From Microcoleus sp. (GTDB lineage: Bacteria; Cyanobacteriota; Cyanobacteriia; Cyanobacteriales; Microcoleaceae): a DNA stretch of 64,000 nucleotides. Position numbers and translations under genes: made by a program. Every line of letters begins with the position of its first letter. The stretch's first letter is position 1. The DNA lies in NCBI GenBank assembly GCA_042408215.1, contig JAYFMW010000026.1, forward strand, positions 64,001 to 128,000. The letters are read 5' to 3'. Below the pieces are notes generated by a model. That model saw nothing but the letters and a program-made list of their open reading frames with translations, did not search any database and was not told where the DNA came from. Below are positions 9,683 to 19,363 of the stretch, piece by piece.

Positions 9683-11116
9683 ATGACAGTAATACCGCAC
9701 CGCGCTAATCTTTTGCAAGACCGCAATCAACTGCATCAGTTGCTGTTAGATTGCCAGCAGTCTTTAACTGACAAATATCAAACAAAAATAGTTAGTATTT
9801 CTCAAGAGATTTACCCTCTCGATCCGCTAGCTGTACTGCAAGAGATTTCCGAACCTTGTCAGCGACACTTTTACTTTGAAAAAAGAGACCCCATTGCAGG
9901 CAAAAGTTTTGCGATTGCCGCCCTTGATTCAGCAATCCATCTCACAGTAGCAGGAAGCGATCGATTTGCAGCCGCGCAAAACTTTATTCGTTCAACACTT
10001 GCCAGTACAATTACCATTGGTACGGAACGCTTGCCCTTCAGCGGGCCTCACTTTTTTTGTAGCTTTGCTTTTTTTGATGAGAACATCTGCGACAATTCTT
10101 ACTTTCCTCCCGCTACCATATTTTTACCAAAATGGCAGATTTCTCGACAACAAGATAGCTGCACCATCGTCGCGACGGCCCTTGTAGAAAAAGATATAAA
10201 CGTTAAAAACATCGCTGAAAATATTTGGCAAACTTTTGATAAAATTGCATCTCGCAAATACCATAAATTAACTAATGCTATCAACAGTTCGATATCTTTG
10301 AAACAAATACCCGTGAATGATGCCAGTCAATTTAAAAGATCTGTCAAGTCTGCGTTAGAATTGATCGAGTCTCAATATTTTAGTAAAATTGTTTTATCCC
10401 AAGCAATAAATGTTATTTCTCAAACACCTTTCAGCTTAATAGATTCCTTAAACAACTTGCGCCTCAGCTATCCAGATTGTTATGTATTTTCAACCAGTAA
10501 CGGCAAAGGTAAAAATTTTATTGGCGCTAGTCCAGAACGCTTAATTAGTATTCACAACAATCAGTTATTAACAGATGCTTTAGCTGGTTCAGCACCGAGG
10601 GGAAAAACCGAGGCAGAAGATGCCAATTTAGCGAGAGGTTTATTGCATAGTGAAAAAGATATTCGAGAACATCAAGTTGTGATTGATTTTATAGTCGATC
10701 GCCTGTCTAAACTCGGTATAACTCCCAATTTTTCCCCACTTCCAAGACTGCTACAACTATCAAACATTCAGCATTTGTGGACACCCATAACTGCTCAAAT
10801 TCCCGCAGATATTCATTTATTAAAGATTTTAGCCCAACTGCATCCAACCCCAGCAGTAGCAGGCGTGCCGAGAGATATAGCCCTCGAACAAATTCGTCGC
10901 TGCGAAAGCTGCGATCGCTCTTTGTACGCAGCACCCATCGGCTGGATCGATCGCAGGGGAAACGGCGAATTTGCCGTCGGCATTCGATCGGCATTAATCG
11001 ATGGCGATCGGGCTATACTCTATGCTGGTGCTGGTATTGTGGCCGGTTCAGAACCCGAAAAAGAACTAGCTGAAATTCAGCTCAAATTACAACCACTTTT
11101 AAACGCTTTGGTTTAG
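9683..11116 (+). CDS. menF: Isochorismate synthase
   Basis: GASPERL, ALAGS, EHQVV, LHPTPAVAG, IRSA, YAGAGIV. Confidence 0.92.
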   Translation: MTVIPHRANLLQDRNQLHQLLLDCQQSLTDKYQTKIVSISQEIYPLDPLAVLQEISEPCQRHFYFEKRDPIAGKSFAIAALDSAIHLTVAGSDRFAAAQNFIRSTLASTITIGTERLPFSGPHFFCSFAFFDENICDNSYFPPATIFLPKWQISRQQDSCTIVATALVEKDINVKNIAENIWQTFDKIASRKYHKLTNAINSSISLKQIPVNDASQFKRSVKSALELIESQYFSKIVLSQAINVISQTPFSLIDSLNNLRLSYPDCYVFSTSNGKGKNFIGASPERLISIHNNQLLTDALAGSAPRGKTEAEDANLARGLLHSEKDIREHQVVIDFIVDRLSKLGITPNFSPLPRLLQLSNIQHLWTPITAQIPADIHLLKILAQLHPTPAVAGVPRDIALEQIRRCESCDRSLYAAPIGWIDRRGNGEFAVGIRSALIDGDRAILYAGAGIVAGSEPEKELAEIQLKLQPLLNALV

Positions 11117-11131
11117 CAATATATTAGAAAA

Positions 11132-14100
11132 ATGATTGATTTTCGCAACACAAACACCCTCTGGTCTTCAATATTAGCCGAAACTTTACAGCGTCTGGGA
11201 TTAACTACCGCCGTCATTTCTCCCGGTTCGCGATCGGCACCATTAACAATAGCCTTTGCCCAGAACCACAAAATAGAAACTATTCCGGTTTTAGACGAAC
11301 GTTCAGCCAGCTTTTTTGCATTAGGAATTGCCAAAAAAACCCATTTACCCGTCGCACTAATTTGCACATCTGGAACCGCCGCAGCCAACTTTTATCCTGC
11401 GATCATAGAAGCCAGAGAAAGTCGAATTCCGCTGCTAATATTCACAGCCGATCGACCTCCCGAACTGCGGGATTGCCATGCTGGACAGGCTATCGACCAA
11501 GTAAAAATCTACGGCAACTATCCCAACTGGCAAGCCGAATTAGCCATCCCTTCTGCGTCCATAGGAATGTTAGGCTATTTGCGGCAGACGATCGTGTATG
11601 CTTGGGAGCGATCGCAATTTCCAACACCCGGCCCCGTTCACCTCAACATCCCCTTTCGCGACCCACTTATACCCGTTCCAGACATTGCTGTAGAAGCTTT
11701 AGAAACACAATTTGATATCGAAGATTTCTTTGCAGGATTAGAACCGATTGTTGCAGGAGAAACCTCTACCCCCCCCAGCCCCCCCTTAGCAAGGGGGGGA
11801 GCAGGAAGTCCAATAGAACCAAGCCCCCCCTTGTTAAGGGGGGGAGAAGAAAGTACAATGCAACAATGGCAGAAGTGCAGCAGAGGGATAATTATTGCGG
11901 GCGTTGCACAGCCTCAATTTCCCGAAAAATACTGTAGTGCGATCGCCCAAATCTCCAAATCATTAAACTGGCCAGTTTTAGCAGAAGGACTATCCCCAGT
12001 CAGAAACTACGCCCAACTCAACCCCCATCTAATTTCCACCTACGATTTAATCCTGCGAAACCACGAACTAGCAGATAAACTAACCCCAGAAATCGCCATT
12101 CAAATTGGAGACTTACCCACAAGCAAAGAACTACGAAACTGGTTAGACAAAACCCAACCCAGACGATATATAATCGACCCCAGCCACCACAACTTCGATC
12201 CCCTACAGGGCAAAACAACCCACCTGCGAACCTCCGTAGAGCATCTAGCCACTGCTATTTCCCCTCAAGTCCCCCCCCTGATTAAGGGGGGGTTAGGGGG
12301 GGTTCAAGATCGGGGCAACCACGGGGGGATTGCCCCTACAGACAATCAAACAGAAAACCAGAATTTTGTAGGGGTAGTGCCCCCGTGCCTACCCCTCACC
12401 ACCAATGAGGGCAACCACGGGGGGATTGCCCCTACAGACAATCAAACAGAAAACCAGAATTTTGTAGGGGTAGTGCCCCCGTGCCTACCCCTCACCACCA
12501 ATGAGGGCAACCACGGGGGGATTGCCCCTACAGACAATCAAACAGAAAACCAGAATTTTGTAGGGGTAGTGCCCCCGTGCCTACCCCTCACCACCAATGA
12601 GGGCAACCACGGGGGGATTGCCCCTACAGACAATCAAACAGAAAACCAGAATTTTGTAGGGGTAGTGCCCCCGTGCCTACCCCTCCCCACCAATGAGGGC
12701 AACCACGGGGGGATTGCCCCTACAGACAATCAAACAGAAAACCAGAATTTTGTAGGGGTAGTGCCCCCGTGCCTACCCCTCCCCACCAATGAGGGCAACC
12801 ACGGGGGGATTGCCCCTACAGACAATCAAACAGAAAACCAGAATTTTGTAGGGGTAGTGCCCCCGTGCCTACCCCTCACCACCAATGAGGGCAACCACGG
12901 GGGGATTGCCCCTACAGACAATCAAACAGAAAACCAGAATTTTGTAGGGGTAGTGCCCCCGTGCCTACCCCTCCCCACCAATCAGGGCAACCACGGGGGG
13001 ATTGCCCCTACAGACAATCAAACAGAAAACCAGAATTTTGTAGGGGTAGTGCCCCCGTGCCTACCCCTCCCCACCAATGAGGGCAACCACGGGGGGATTG
13101 CCCCTACAGACAATCAAACAGAAAACCAGAATTTTGTAGGGGTAGTGCCCCCGTGCCTACCCCTCACCACCAATGAGGGCAACCACGGGGGGATTGCCCC
13201 TACAGACAATCAAACAGAAAACCAGAATTTTGTAGGGGTAGTGCCCCCGTGCCTACCCCTCCCCACCAATGAGGGCAACCACGGGGGGATTGCCCCTACA
13301 GACAATCAAACAGAAAACCAGAATTTTGTAGGGGTAGTGCCCCCGTGCCTACCCCTCACCACCAATGAGGGCAACCACGGGGGGATTGCCCCTACAGACA
13401 ATCAAACAGAAAACCAGAATTTTGTAGGGGTAGTGCCCCCGTGCCTACCCCTCCCCACCAATCAGGGCAACCACGGGGGGATTGCCCCTACAGACAATCA
13501 AACAGAAAACCAGAATTTTGTAGGGGTAGTGCCCCCGTGCCTACCCCTCACCTCTCCATCAAAGGAATACCTCCAACTTTGGCACAACACCGAAACCCAA
13601 ATCAGACAAACAATAGACCAAAAAATATCAGCAATTCAAAACATAATTGAACCCAAAGTTTCCTGGCTGCTGTCCCAGATTTTGCCACCAGGAACACCAA
13701 TATTTATTGCTAACAGTATGCCAGTCAGAGATGTAGAGTTTTTCTGGAAGCCGAATCACTTAGAAATAAAACCTTTTTTCAATCGCGGCGCTAACGGCAT
13801 AGACGGCACATTATCAACAGCTATGGGAATAGCTCACCGCAATCAAAGCAGCATCATGTTAACAGGGGATTTAGCACTTTTGCACGACACGAACGGTTTT
13901 TTAATTAAACATAAATTTGTCGGTCATCTGACAATTATTTTAATTAATAACAACGGCGGTGGCATCTTTGAAATGTTGCCCGTTGCCAAATTTGACCCGC
14001 CATTTGAAGAGTTTTTTGCCACGCCGCAGCAGATCAACTTTGCTCAGTTGTGTGCAACTTATGGCGTGGAACACGAGATAATTGACGATTGGGAGCAGTT

Positions 14101-14221
14101 AAAAGAAAAATTAAGTTTTTTGCCAAATAGCGGGATTCGTGTCTTAGAATTGCCAACAAATAGGCGTACAGATGCTAAATGGCGGCAAGATCATCTAGGT
14201 AAATTTGCCAAAGATTTGTAA
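11132..14221 (+). CDS. menD: SEPHCHC synthase with large in-frame repeat insertion
   Basis: SPGSRSAPL, DERSA, CTSGTA, TADRP, NRGANGIDG, GDLALLHD, NNNGGGIF; about 1029 aa because of inserts. Confidence 0.92.
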   Translation: MIDFRNTNTLWSSILAETLQRLGLTTAVISPGSRSAPLTIAFAQNHKIETIPVLDERSASFFALGIAKKTHLPVALICTSGTAAANFYPAIIEARESRIPLLIFTADRPPELRDCHAGQAIDQVKIYGNYPNWQAELAIPSASIGMLGYLRQTIVYAWERSQFPTPGPVHLNIPFRDPLIPVPDIAVEALETQFDIEDFFAGLEPIVAGETSTPPSPPLARGGAGSPIEPSPPLLRGGEESTMQQWQKCSRGIIIAGVAQPQFPEKYCSAIAQISKSLNWPVLAEGLSPVRNYAQLNPHLISTYDLILRNHELADKLTPEIAIQIGDLPTSKELRNWLDKTQPRRYIIDPSHHNFDPLQGKTTHLRTSVEHLATAISPQVPPLIKGGLGGVQDRGNHGGIAPTDNQTENQNFVGVVPPCLPLTTNEGNHGGIAPTDNQTENQNFVGVVPPCLPLTTNEGNHGGIAPTDNQTENQNFVGVVPPCLPLTTNEGNHGGIAPTDNQTENQNFVGVVPPCLPLPTNEGNHGGIAPTDNQTENQNFVGVVPPCLPLPTNEGNHGGIAPTDNQTENQNFVGVVPPCLPLTTNEGNHGGIAPTDNQTENQNFVGVVPPCLPLPTNQGNHGGIAPTDNQTENQNFVGVVPPCLPLPTNEGNHGGIAPTDNQTENQNFVGVVPPCLPLTTNEGNHGGIAPTDNQTENQNFVGVVPPCLPLPTNEGNHGGIAPTDNQTENQNFVGVVPPCLPLTTNEGNHGGIAPTDNQTENQNFVGVVPPCLPLPTNQGNHGGIAPTDNQTENQNFVGVVPPCLPLTSPSKEYLQLWHNTETQIRQTIDQKISAIQNIIEPKVSWLLSQILPPGTPIFIANSMPVRDVEFFWKPNHLEIKPFFNRGANGIDGTLSTAMGIAHRNQSSIMLTGDLALLHDTNGFLIKHKFVGHLTIILINNNGGGIFEMLPVAKFDPPFEEFFATPQQINFAQLCATYGVEHEIIDDWEQLKEKLSFLPNSGIRVLELPTNRRTDAKWRQDHLGKFAKDL
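12313..13551 (+). repeat. 13 tandem 96-bp units, each an inverted pair of REP-like palindromes
   Basis: Unit starts every 96 bp from 12313 to 13465; encodes GNHGGIAPTDNQTENQNFVGVVPPCLPL[T/P]TN[E/Q]. Confidence 0.95.
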
Positions 14222-14344
14222 TTTTCAGGAATGACGCACTCCGATCGAAGAAACCGGGTTTTTCACCGAATCTACGGGCTGCAACCCGTCTTTTCGTCAA
14301 AAAACCCGGTTTCTGACCAACCGTGCGATCGCGAACTAACTAAT

Positions 14345-14659
14345 TTAAACGGCGGCTTGAACTAGCAGCGGATCTAACTCTCCTTCTGCATCAAGTTGGT
14401 GAATGTCATCGCAGCCGCCTACGTGTTGGTTGTTAATGAAAATTTGGGGCACGCTGCGGCGTCCATTAGCGCGTTGGGCCATTGCATTTCTAGCCGCTTC
14501 GTCGCCGTCAATCTTGTATTCTGTGTAATTTACGCCTTTCCACCACAGCAAAGTTTTTGCCCGGATGCAGTACGGACAGGTTTGCCAAGTATAGATTTCA
14601 ACATTGGCTTTGATGCGATCGGGTTGGCGGCCCAAAATGGGATTGAGAAAATCAAGCAT
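14345..14659 (-). CDS. grxC: Glutaredoxin 3
   Basis: CPYC active site, SVPQIFI, GGCDD. Confidence 0.92.
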   Translation of the reverse strand: MLDFLNPILGRQPDRIKANVEIYTWQTCPYCIRAKTLLWWKGVNYTEYKIDGDEAARNAMAQRANGRRSVPQIFINNQHVGGCDDIHQLDAEGELDPLLVQAAV

Positions 14660-14922
14660 TTTTAGTATCGGGGTAAAAATTGAACTGGTTGAGGGATTAA
14701 CGATTATTTTACCTAAACGCCGTCAGTCCCACGTCCTACCCAAAGGTTAGGGTGAGATGGAATTGCCCGCCACCACCTGTGGCACTGTGACTTGGGTCAC
14801 AACTTTACGCTACTTGGATCACTTACCTTCACCAAAATAATCACATTCGTCACCTCATCAATGTCACTGATCTTTTCGGGAAACACGGAGATGATGTATA
14901 TATCGAATTCAACCGCACTGCC

Positions 14923-15138
14923 ATGAACCCCGTACAACTCCTCCCCGGCGCTATCTCTGAAATCATCGCTTCTGTAAGCGATACAGGCGTTTTGACTCTG
15001 GCCGATCGCTACGGCTTGATGGCCGCCACCTTCGACGAGTCTCTGAATGACGAAGATAGAGGCTGTGTCAACCGCTTGCTGCGGGCAGTCACCAAAGGCC
15101 GGGTGAAAATGGTCAACGAACTTTCAGCAGCAGCGTAA
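14923..15138 (+). CDS. Small hypothetical protein (71 aa)
   Basis: Plausible ORF with an LTLADRYGLMAA motif recalled from cyanobacterial small proteins. Confidence 0.6.
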   Translation: MNPVQLLPGAISEIIASVSDTGVLTLADRYGLMAATFDESLNDEDRGCVNRLLRAVTKGRVKMVNELSAAA

Positions 15139-15265
15139 GGAGGAGTTGAAGTTTTGTTCTGATGGCAAGCTGAGTCAGCGGTAGATAAAAATGGCAACTC
15201 GAAACAGCGGTAATTTGAATTCGATTTACAGTTTTCTCCTCTAACTCAACAACGGTTTTTTCTCA

Positions 15266-15294
15266 AAGCAGCCTTTTACAGGCTGCTTTTTTTT
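15266..15294. terminator. Rho-independent terminator between convergent genes
   Basis: AAAGCAGCC-loop-GGCTGCTTT followed by a T run. Confidence 0.7.
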
Positions 15295-15297
15295 GAT

Positions 15298-16164
15298 TTA
15301 ATCTCGGATTTCCAGGTTGTACTGGCGGCAGAGGGCGATCAGTTTTTGTTGGAAGCGATCGCGCACACTGTCTGGAGAGACGATCGCGCAATCTTCCCAA
15401 TAGGGGGCAATTTCGCGGAAAAACCAGAAGGTATTGAAAATCGGACGGGTGACTCGTCTAATTGGCGGATCGCCTTCTAAGTCGCTGACTTCCACATCGC
15501 CTTGCTTTCGTCTGTAGTTAAAGGCAAGCCTGCCGAATAAGTGAAATTCTACGGAAATTCGCTCTAGATCCGGCAACCAAGTTCGATCGACCGACATCAC
15601 CGCAGCATCTTCAATGCGATCGAGCAGCAGGGTCCAGTTGTGTTCGAGTCCCGGTACGTCTTGATTTCCGTCAGATTCTTCGCAGCGACACATTAAATAC
15701 TGTCGCTTTTCAATAGGGACAATCCGAGCGTGTAAGACTGTGTAACTCCAAAGGCGATCGGCTGCATCTCGATAGGAAAGGCGAAATGGTTGCTGTCTGT
15801 GGATAAAATTATCGATTTTTTGCCGCCAAGCAGGTAAAGGGTTGCTCAAAAACGCCTCGATTTGGGCCCGGAAGGGGAGAGTTAGTTCGCTGCGCGAGCT
15901 CAACAATTGGGCAATTGCCAGCGCTTCATCAATTTTGCCCGAGTCGAGCAATTGCTGTCGGGCGATGTCTAGGGCTTGGATGCGGGTTTGGGGCCAGTCG
16001 TGGTTGGGGGCGATCGTCAGTTGGCGGCGGGCGATCGCTTCTATCAGTTTGGAAATGTTCGGGCGATCGCCCCACGTCTTCCCGAATTCTTGGGCCAAGG
16101 CTTCCAACTGCGCTTTATCTCGTTCAGAAACAGACAGGGTGATCGATTGACCTTTGCGACTCAT
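15298..16164 (-). CDS. WYL-domain transcriptional regulator of the I-D locus (Sll7009-like)
   Basis: N-terminal RHH-like segment, RQYLMCRC and LDRI WYL motifs; divergent from cas3'. Confidence 0.85.
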   Translation of the reverse strand: MSRKGQSITLSVSERDKAQLEALAQEFGKTWGDRPNISKLIEAIARRQLTIAPNHDWPQTRIQALDIARQQLLDSGKIDEALAIAQLLSSRSELTLPFRAQIEAFLSNPLPAWRQKIDNFIHRQQPFRLSYRDAADRLWSYTVLHARIVPIEKRQYLMCRCEESDGNQDVPGLEHNWTLLLDRIEDAAVMSVDRTWLPDLERISVEFHLFGRLAFNYRRKQGDVEVSDLEGDPPIRRVTRPIFNTFWFFREIAPYWEDCAIVSPDSVRDRFQQKLIALCRQYNLEIRD

Positions 16165-16261
16165 AAATGTACGGACACTTCTTCATTGTACGGGCTTGAT
16201 AATCTCAATTATCGGTGTCAATATGAGGAATATCCACTTTCTACGGACACAGATTCAGCAT

Positions 16262-18442
16262 ATGTCCGATTACCAGATTACCCTCAAATCCGTTTACTCC
16301 TGTCCCGCTGCGGAAATTCCCAAAGGAGTGAAATTACCGGAAAATTGGACGCTTTCTTGGCATCAACTTGAAACTTTAAAGGCAATTCGCGATCCGAATA
16401 TTGATGTCATTTTCAACTCAGCTATTACTAGCGACGGCAAAAGTTTAGCCGCTTTCCTAGAAACATTGCAGACATATTGTTGTGCAGTGGCGCTATATCC
16501 TACTAATGAACTGGCGCGAGATCAGGAGACTCAAATTAAGCGCTATATCGAACAATTCCAGCCCGAACATCAACCCCGCGTTGTGCGACTCAGCGGCTCG
16601 GAATTAGAAATCTATGCAGAAAATGAAAAGCTGAGAAAAGCAGCCGCGATCGCATCTCGCACAGGTCAATCAGAGATTTTATTAACTAACCCTGATATCT
16701 TGCACTATCTCCACCGAGGAGCGTATTTAAGCTCTGAAGATAGCCCCGATAAACTGTGGGGTCGCATCGACAAAGATTTTGACCTGTTCATTTTTGATGA
16801 ATTTCATGTTTTTGCTGCTCCTCAGATTGCCAGCGTCATCAATACCCTGTTATTAATTAGTCATACAAACCGCCGAAAAAAGTTTGTATTTCTGTCAGCA
16901 ACTCCAGACGAGCAATTAATTAGCAGACTAGAAACAGCAGGGTTTCGCTGTCAAACTATCGACCCTTTAAAAGCAGGAAAATATCGGTTTCCCGATCGCC
17001 CTGCGGAAATCGAACAGTTGAAATCAGACTCCTGGCGGCAGATATTGAGGGAAAGTACGCTGACTTTTATTTCCCTAGAACCAACTTCAAAAGCTTCTGA
17101 AACTTGGCTGAAAGACAGCGCAAATCACATCCTGACTCACTTTAAACACAATCCGGGAAGTAAAGGAGCTATTATCCTGAATTCAATTGCTGCCGTCAAG
17201 CGGCTGACACCATTTTTTCGGAAATTGTTCGCGCCTCACGGTTTAGTTGTTGGCGAAAATACTGGGTTGTCGGGAAAAACGGAAAAAGAGCGATCGCTCT
17301 CGTCAGACTTAGTTCTCGGTACTAGCACCATTGATGTCGGGGTAGACTTCAAAATCAATTTGCTGATTTTTGAATCCGCCGATGCGGGTAACTTCATTCA
17401 AAGATTGGGAAGGTTGGGGCGACACGATGGGTGCGATCGCAATGGGGAGTTTATTCAGTTTCAAAATTTCACAGCCATCGCACTCACCCCTAATTTCTTA
17501 GTCGAACGCTTATTTGCAGGCGATACTGCGACTTTAGAGTCTAATGGAATTTACGATCGTCCTTTTTTCTATCAACAAATTCGCGAAAAGTACCGCCAAA
17601 TCAACAATTTTGAGGGATATTATTCGCGGTGGGGTGCGGTGCAGTCAGTTCAAATTTGTTGGGAATTAGGGCACAGGACAATTAAACAGCAGTACGCATC
17701 AAGTCAGAAAGCTTTTCAGGAAGCTGCTCAAAAAGTATTTAAAACTAGCTTGGGGAAAGTGGCCGGTAATATTAAACAGTGGGGCAAAGAGTGGAAAGAG
17801 CGATCGGGAAATAAAACAGGAAATCCGATCGTTGAAGATGCTAGCAGTTTTCGAGGTTCTAGTCCCCTGCAATGCGGCATCTGCGATTTAACCGATTCCC
17901 ATGAGGCAGACAAATTTAAAACTTACGATTTACCAGGAATTTTGAGCAACTTGGAAATCGAACCGATGACGGAATCTGCATTTATGCAAATGTTGAAGGA
18001 GACATCTGAACGCCTTGGGCAACCAATTGCCAAAGGTCGATTTAAACACTGTCTGGCTTTTTTGAAGTTGCGTAGTTATCGGGAGGAAAGACTGAATTGG
18101 AAATTTACTTATTCGGGAAATTTAGAGGAAAACGCTGCTGTTTGGAAAGTTCAGGTGTTGACGGGGATTGAGGTTGTGCAACCTGAGAATTATTGGATCG
18201 GGGAAATCAACAAGCGTTTGAAGAAGCAAGCATTGGTTTGTTATGTGCTGCGTTATCCGGTGGCTGAAGTGCGATCGCGCCTGCGACTGCCGGTGCACTT
18301 TCAGATTTATCCGATTTGCGATCGGTACAGTATCCACGATGGGACTGCACCTTATTCGATCGCCTTTGGGCAGTCGGCGCTGCTTGTGGACACGCTGGCC
18401 CACTGGCTCAAGAGTAAGGGGGATGAAGTATGGATTGCGTAG
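16262..18442 (+). CDS. cas3: Type I-D Cas3' helicase
   Basis: YPTNEL, DEFH, SAT, TIDVGVDF, QRLGRLGRH; no HD domain; Walker A reads TSDGKS. Confidence 0.9.
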   Translation: MSDYQITLKSVYSCPAAEIPKGVKLPENWTLSWHQLETLKAIRDPNIDVIFNSAITSDGKSLAAFLETLQTYCCAVALYPTNELARDQETQIKRYIEQFQPEHQPRVVRLSGSELEIYAENEKLRKAAAIASRTGQSEILLTNPDILHYLHRGAYLSSEDSPDKLWGRIDKDFDLFIFDEFHVFAAPQIASVINTLLLISHTNRRKKFVFLSATPDEQLISRLETAGFRCQTIDPLKAGKYRFPDRPAEIEQLKSDSWRQILRESTLTFISLEPTSKASETWLKDSANHILTHFKHNPGSKGAIILNSIAAVKRLTPFFRKLFAPHGLVVGENTGLSGKTEKERSLSSDLVLGTSTIDVGVDFKINLLIFESADAGNFIQRLGRLGRHDGCDRNGEFIQFQNFTAIALTPNFLVERLFAGDTATLESNGIYDRPFFYQQIREKYRQINNFEGYYSRWGAVQSVQICWELGHRTIKQQYASSQKAFQEAAQKVFKTSLGKVAGNIKQWGKEWKERSGNKTGNPIVEDASSFRGSSPLQCGICDLTDSHEADKFKTYDLPGILSNLEIEPMTESAFMQMLKETSERLGQPIAKGRFKHCLAFLKLRSYREERLNWKFTYSGNLEENAAVWKVQVLTGIEVVQPENYWIGEINKRLKKQALVCYVLRYPVAEVRSRLRLPVHFQIYPICDRYSIHDGTAPYSIAFGQSALLVDTLAHWLKSKGDEVWIA

Positions 18443-18443
18443 A

Positions 18444-18558
18444 ATATCAAGCCCTAATAGGGTTTGGGTTAAGTCAGGTAGGAAGGTAGAGGAACGAACG
18501 CCATTAGGAGCGCAGCTAATGTTTTCAATCCCTAATAGGGGGTTAAGCTATCAATAAA
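18444..18558 (-). CRISPR. Degenerate antisense mini-array (2 repeat-like units, 1 spacer-like unit)
   Basis: Minus strand reads ...CCCTATTAGGGATTGAAAA-(about 40 nt)-...AAACCCTATTAGGGCTTGATAT, versus array repeat end AAACCCTATCAGGGATTGAAAC. Confidence 0.75.
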
Positions 18559-18595
18559 AATTAATAAGCTTTTCTACCTGTCCACACCCTACATC

Positions 18596-18636
18596 AGTAT
18601 ACCAAGGATGACAACTATGTTTAGATCGTTTATACT
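18596..18636. promoter_or_regulatory. Back-to-back sigma70-like promoters
   Basis: Minus strand: TGGTATACT extended -10 (18604-18596). Plus strand: ATGACA-17bp-TATACT (18608-18636). Confidence 0.5.
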
Positions 18637-18844
18637 CAGACAATGGAAAGCTTCGCGGCTCTGTGAGCAACGATCGCGAGTAGGAACACAGATATGTAAT
18701 CGCAGCCCTTCTTGTTCTTTAGACAGAACGGTTTTTAGCGTCACTTTATTTGAGTGGGGGTATAACGCCCCCCTTCTGCTCCTGTCAGCAGTCAGCAGCC
18801 GTGAGTCTTTCCAGTCTGTAAAAACTCAAAAGGAGACATTCACA

Positions 18845-19096
18845 ATGCCAAAGCCAAAACGCTCTGGTGAGGGAGGGCCTTTGCTATTTATTCCCTATTC
18901 CCGGAAACCTTTTTTGGAAAACAAAAAGAAAGTTCGAGGGAGAAATCGCCACCCCTTTGAGTTGCTGGAAAAAGTTCAGAACTTATTAGAAACTGCACTG
19001 GACAGAAATGAGTTTGAGTCAGAGGAGGTCAAAGCAGAAGTCTATGACTTTTTAGTAATCCTCCGAGGCTCTAAAAAGGTATCTCAAAGGCGCTAG
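18845..19096 (+). CDS. Orphan basic 83-aa protein inside the cas locus
   Basis: AAGGAG RBS upstream of ATG; followed by hairpin GCTCTACAGG...CCTGTAGAGC. Confidence 0.6.
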   Translation: MPKPKRSGEGGPLLFIPYSRKPFLENKKKVRGRNRHPFELLEKVQNLLETALDRNEFESEEVKAEVYDFLVILRGSKKVSQRR

Positions 19097-19220
19097 ATAG
19101 TAGCACCTTACGAATTTTCATTAGTTAGGCTCTACAGGAGTAGTGTAACTACATAAGAGCCTGTAGAGCTCTTTTGTCAAAAATCTCTATCAAAGATAAG
19201 TGAGTTCTTTCATAGACTCC

Positions 19221-19363
19221 CAGGGCTGTTTCATTCTCTTGTAGGGGCGGTGCCCCCGTGCCCGCCCTAGCTCTCAAACACATACAAAATGTCGATGAAG
19301 AGGGTCGGCACGGGGGCACGACCCCTACAAAATTATCGTTTTCTTGAGAATGAAATAGCCCTG
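19221..19363. mobile_element. MITE with 18-bp TIRs and 10-bp target duplication
   Basis: CAGGGCTGTTTCATTCTC / GAGAATGAAATAGCCCTG ends; CATAGACTCC at 19211-19220 and 19364-19373; internal REP pair. Confidence 0.88.

Noticed and set aside
12313..13551. menD tract as a CRISPR array
   Set aside because: Units are near-identical throughout, have no variable spacers, and lie in frame
2354..14221. Absence of menB and menG from the men cluster
   Set aside because: These genes are often unlinked in cyanobacteria; cannot be judged from one window
16192..16205. GGGCTTGATAATCT matches the end of the distal mini-array repeat at 13/14
   Set aside because: The match is to repeat and flank, not the spacer, so it cannot act as a guide target; probably chance
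18608..18844. N-terminal extension giving a 162-aa ORF
   Set aside because: Overlaps the predicted promoter; the strong RBS favours ATG 18845
18691..19130. Partial matches of the mini-array spacer near 18701, 18734 and 19119
   Set aside because: Seed mismatches or no GTN PAM; too weak to call a target
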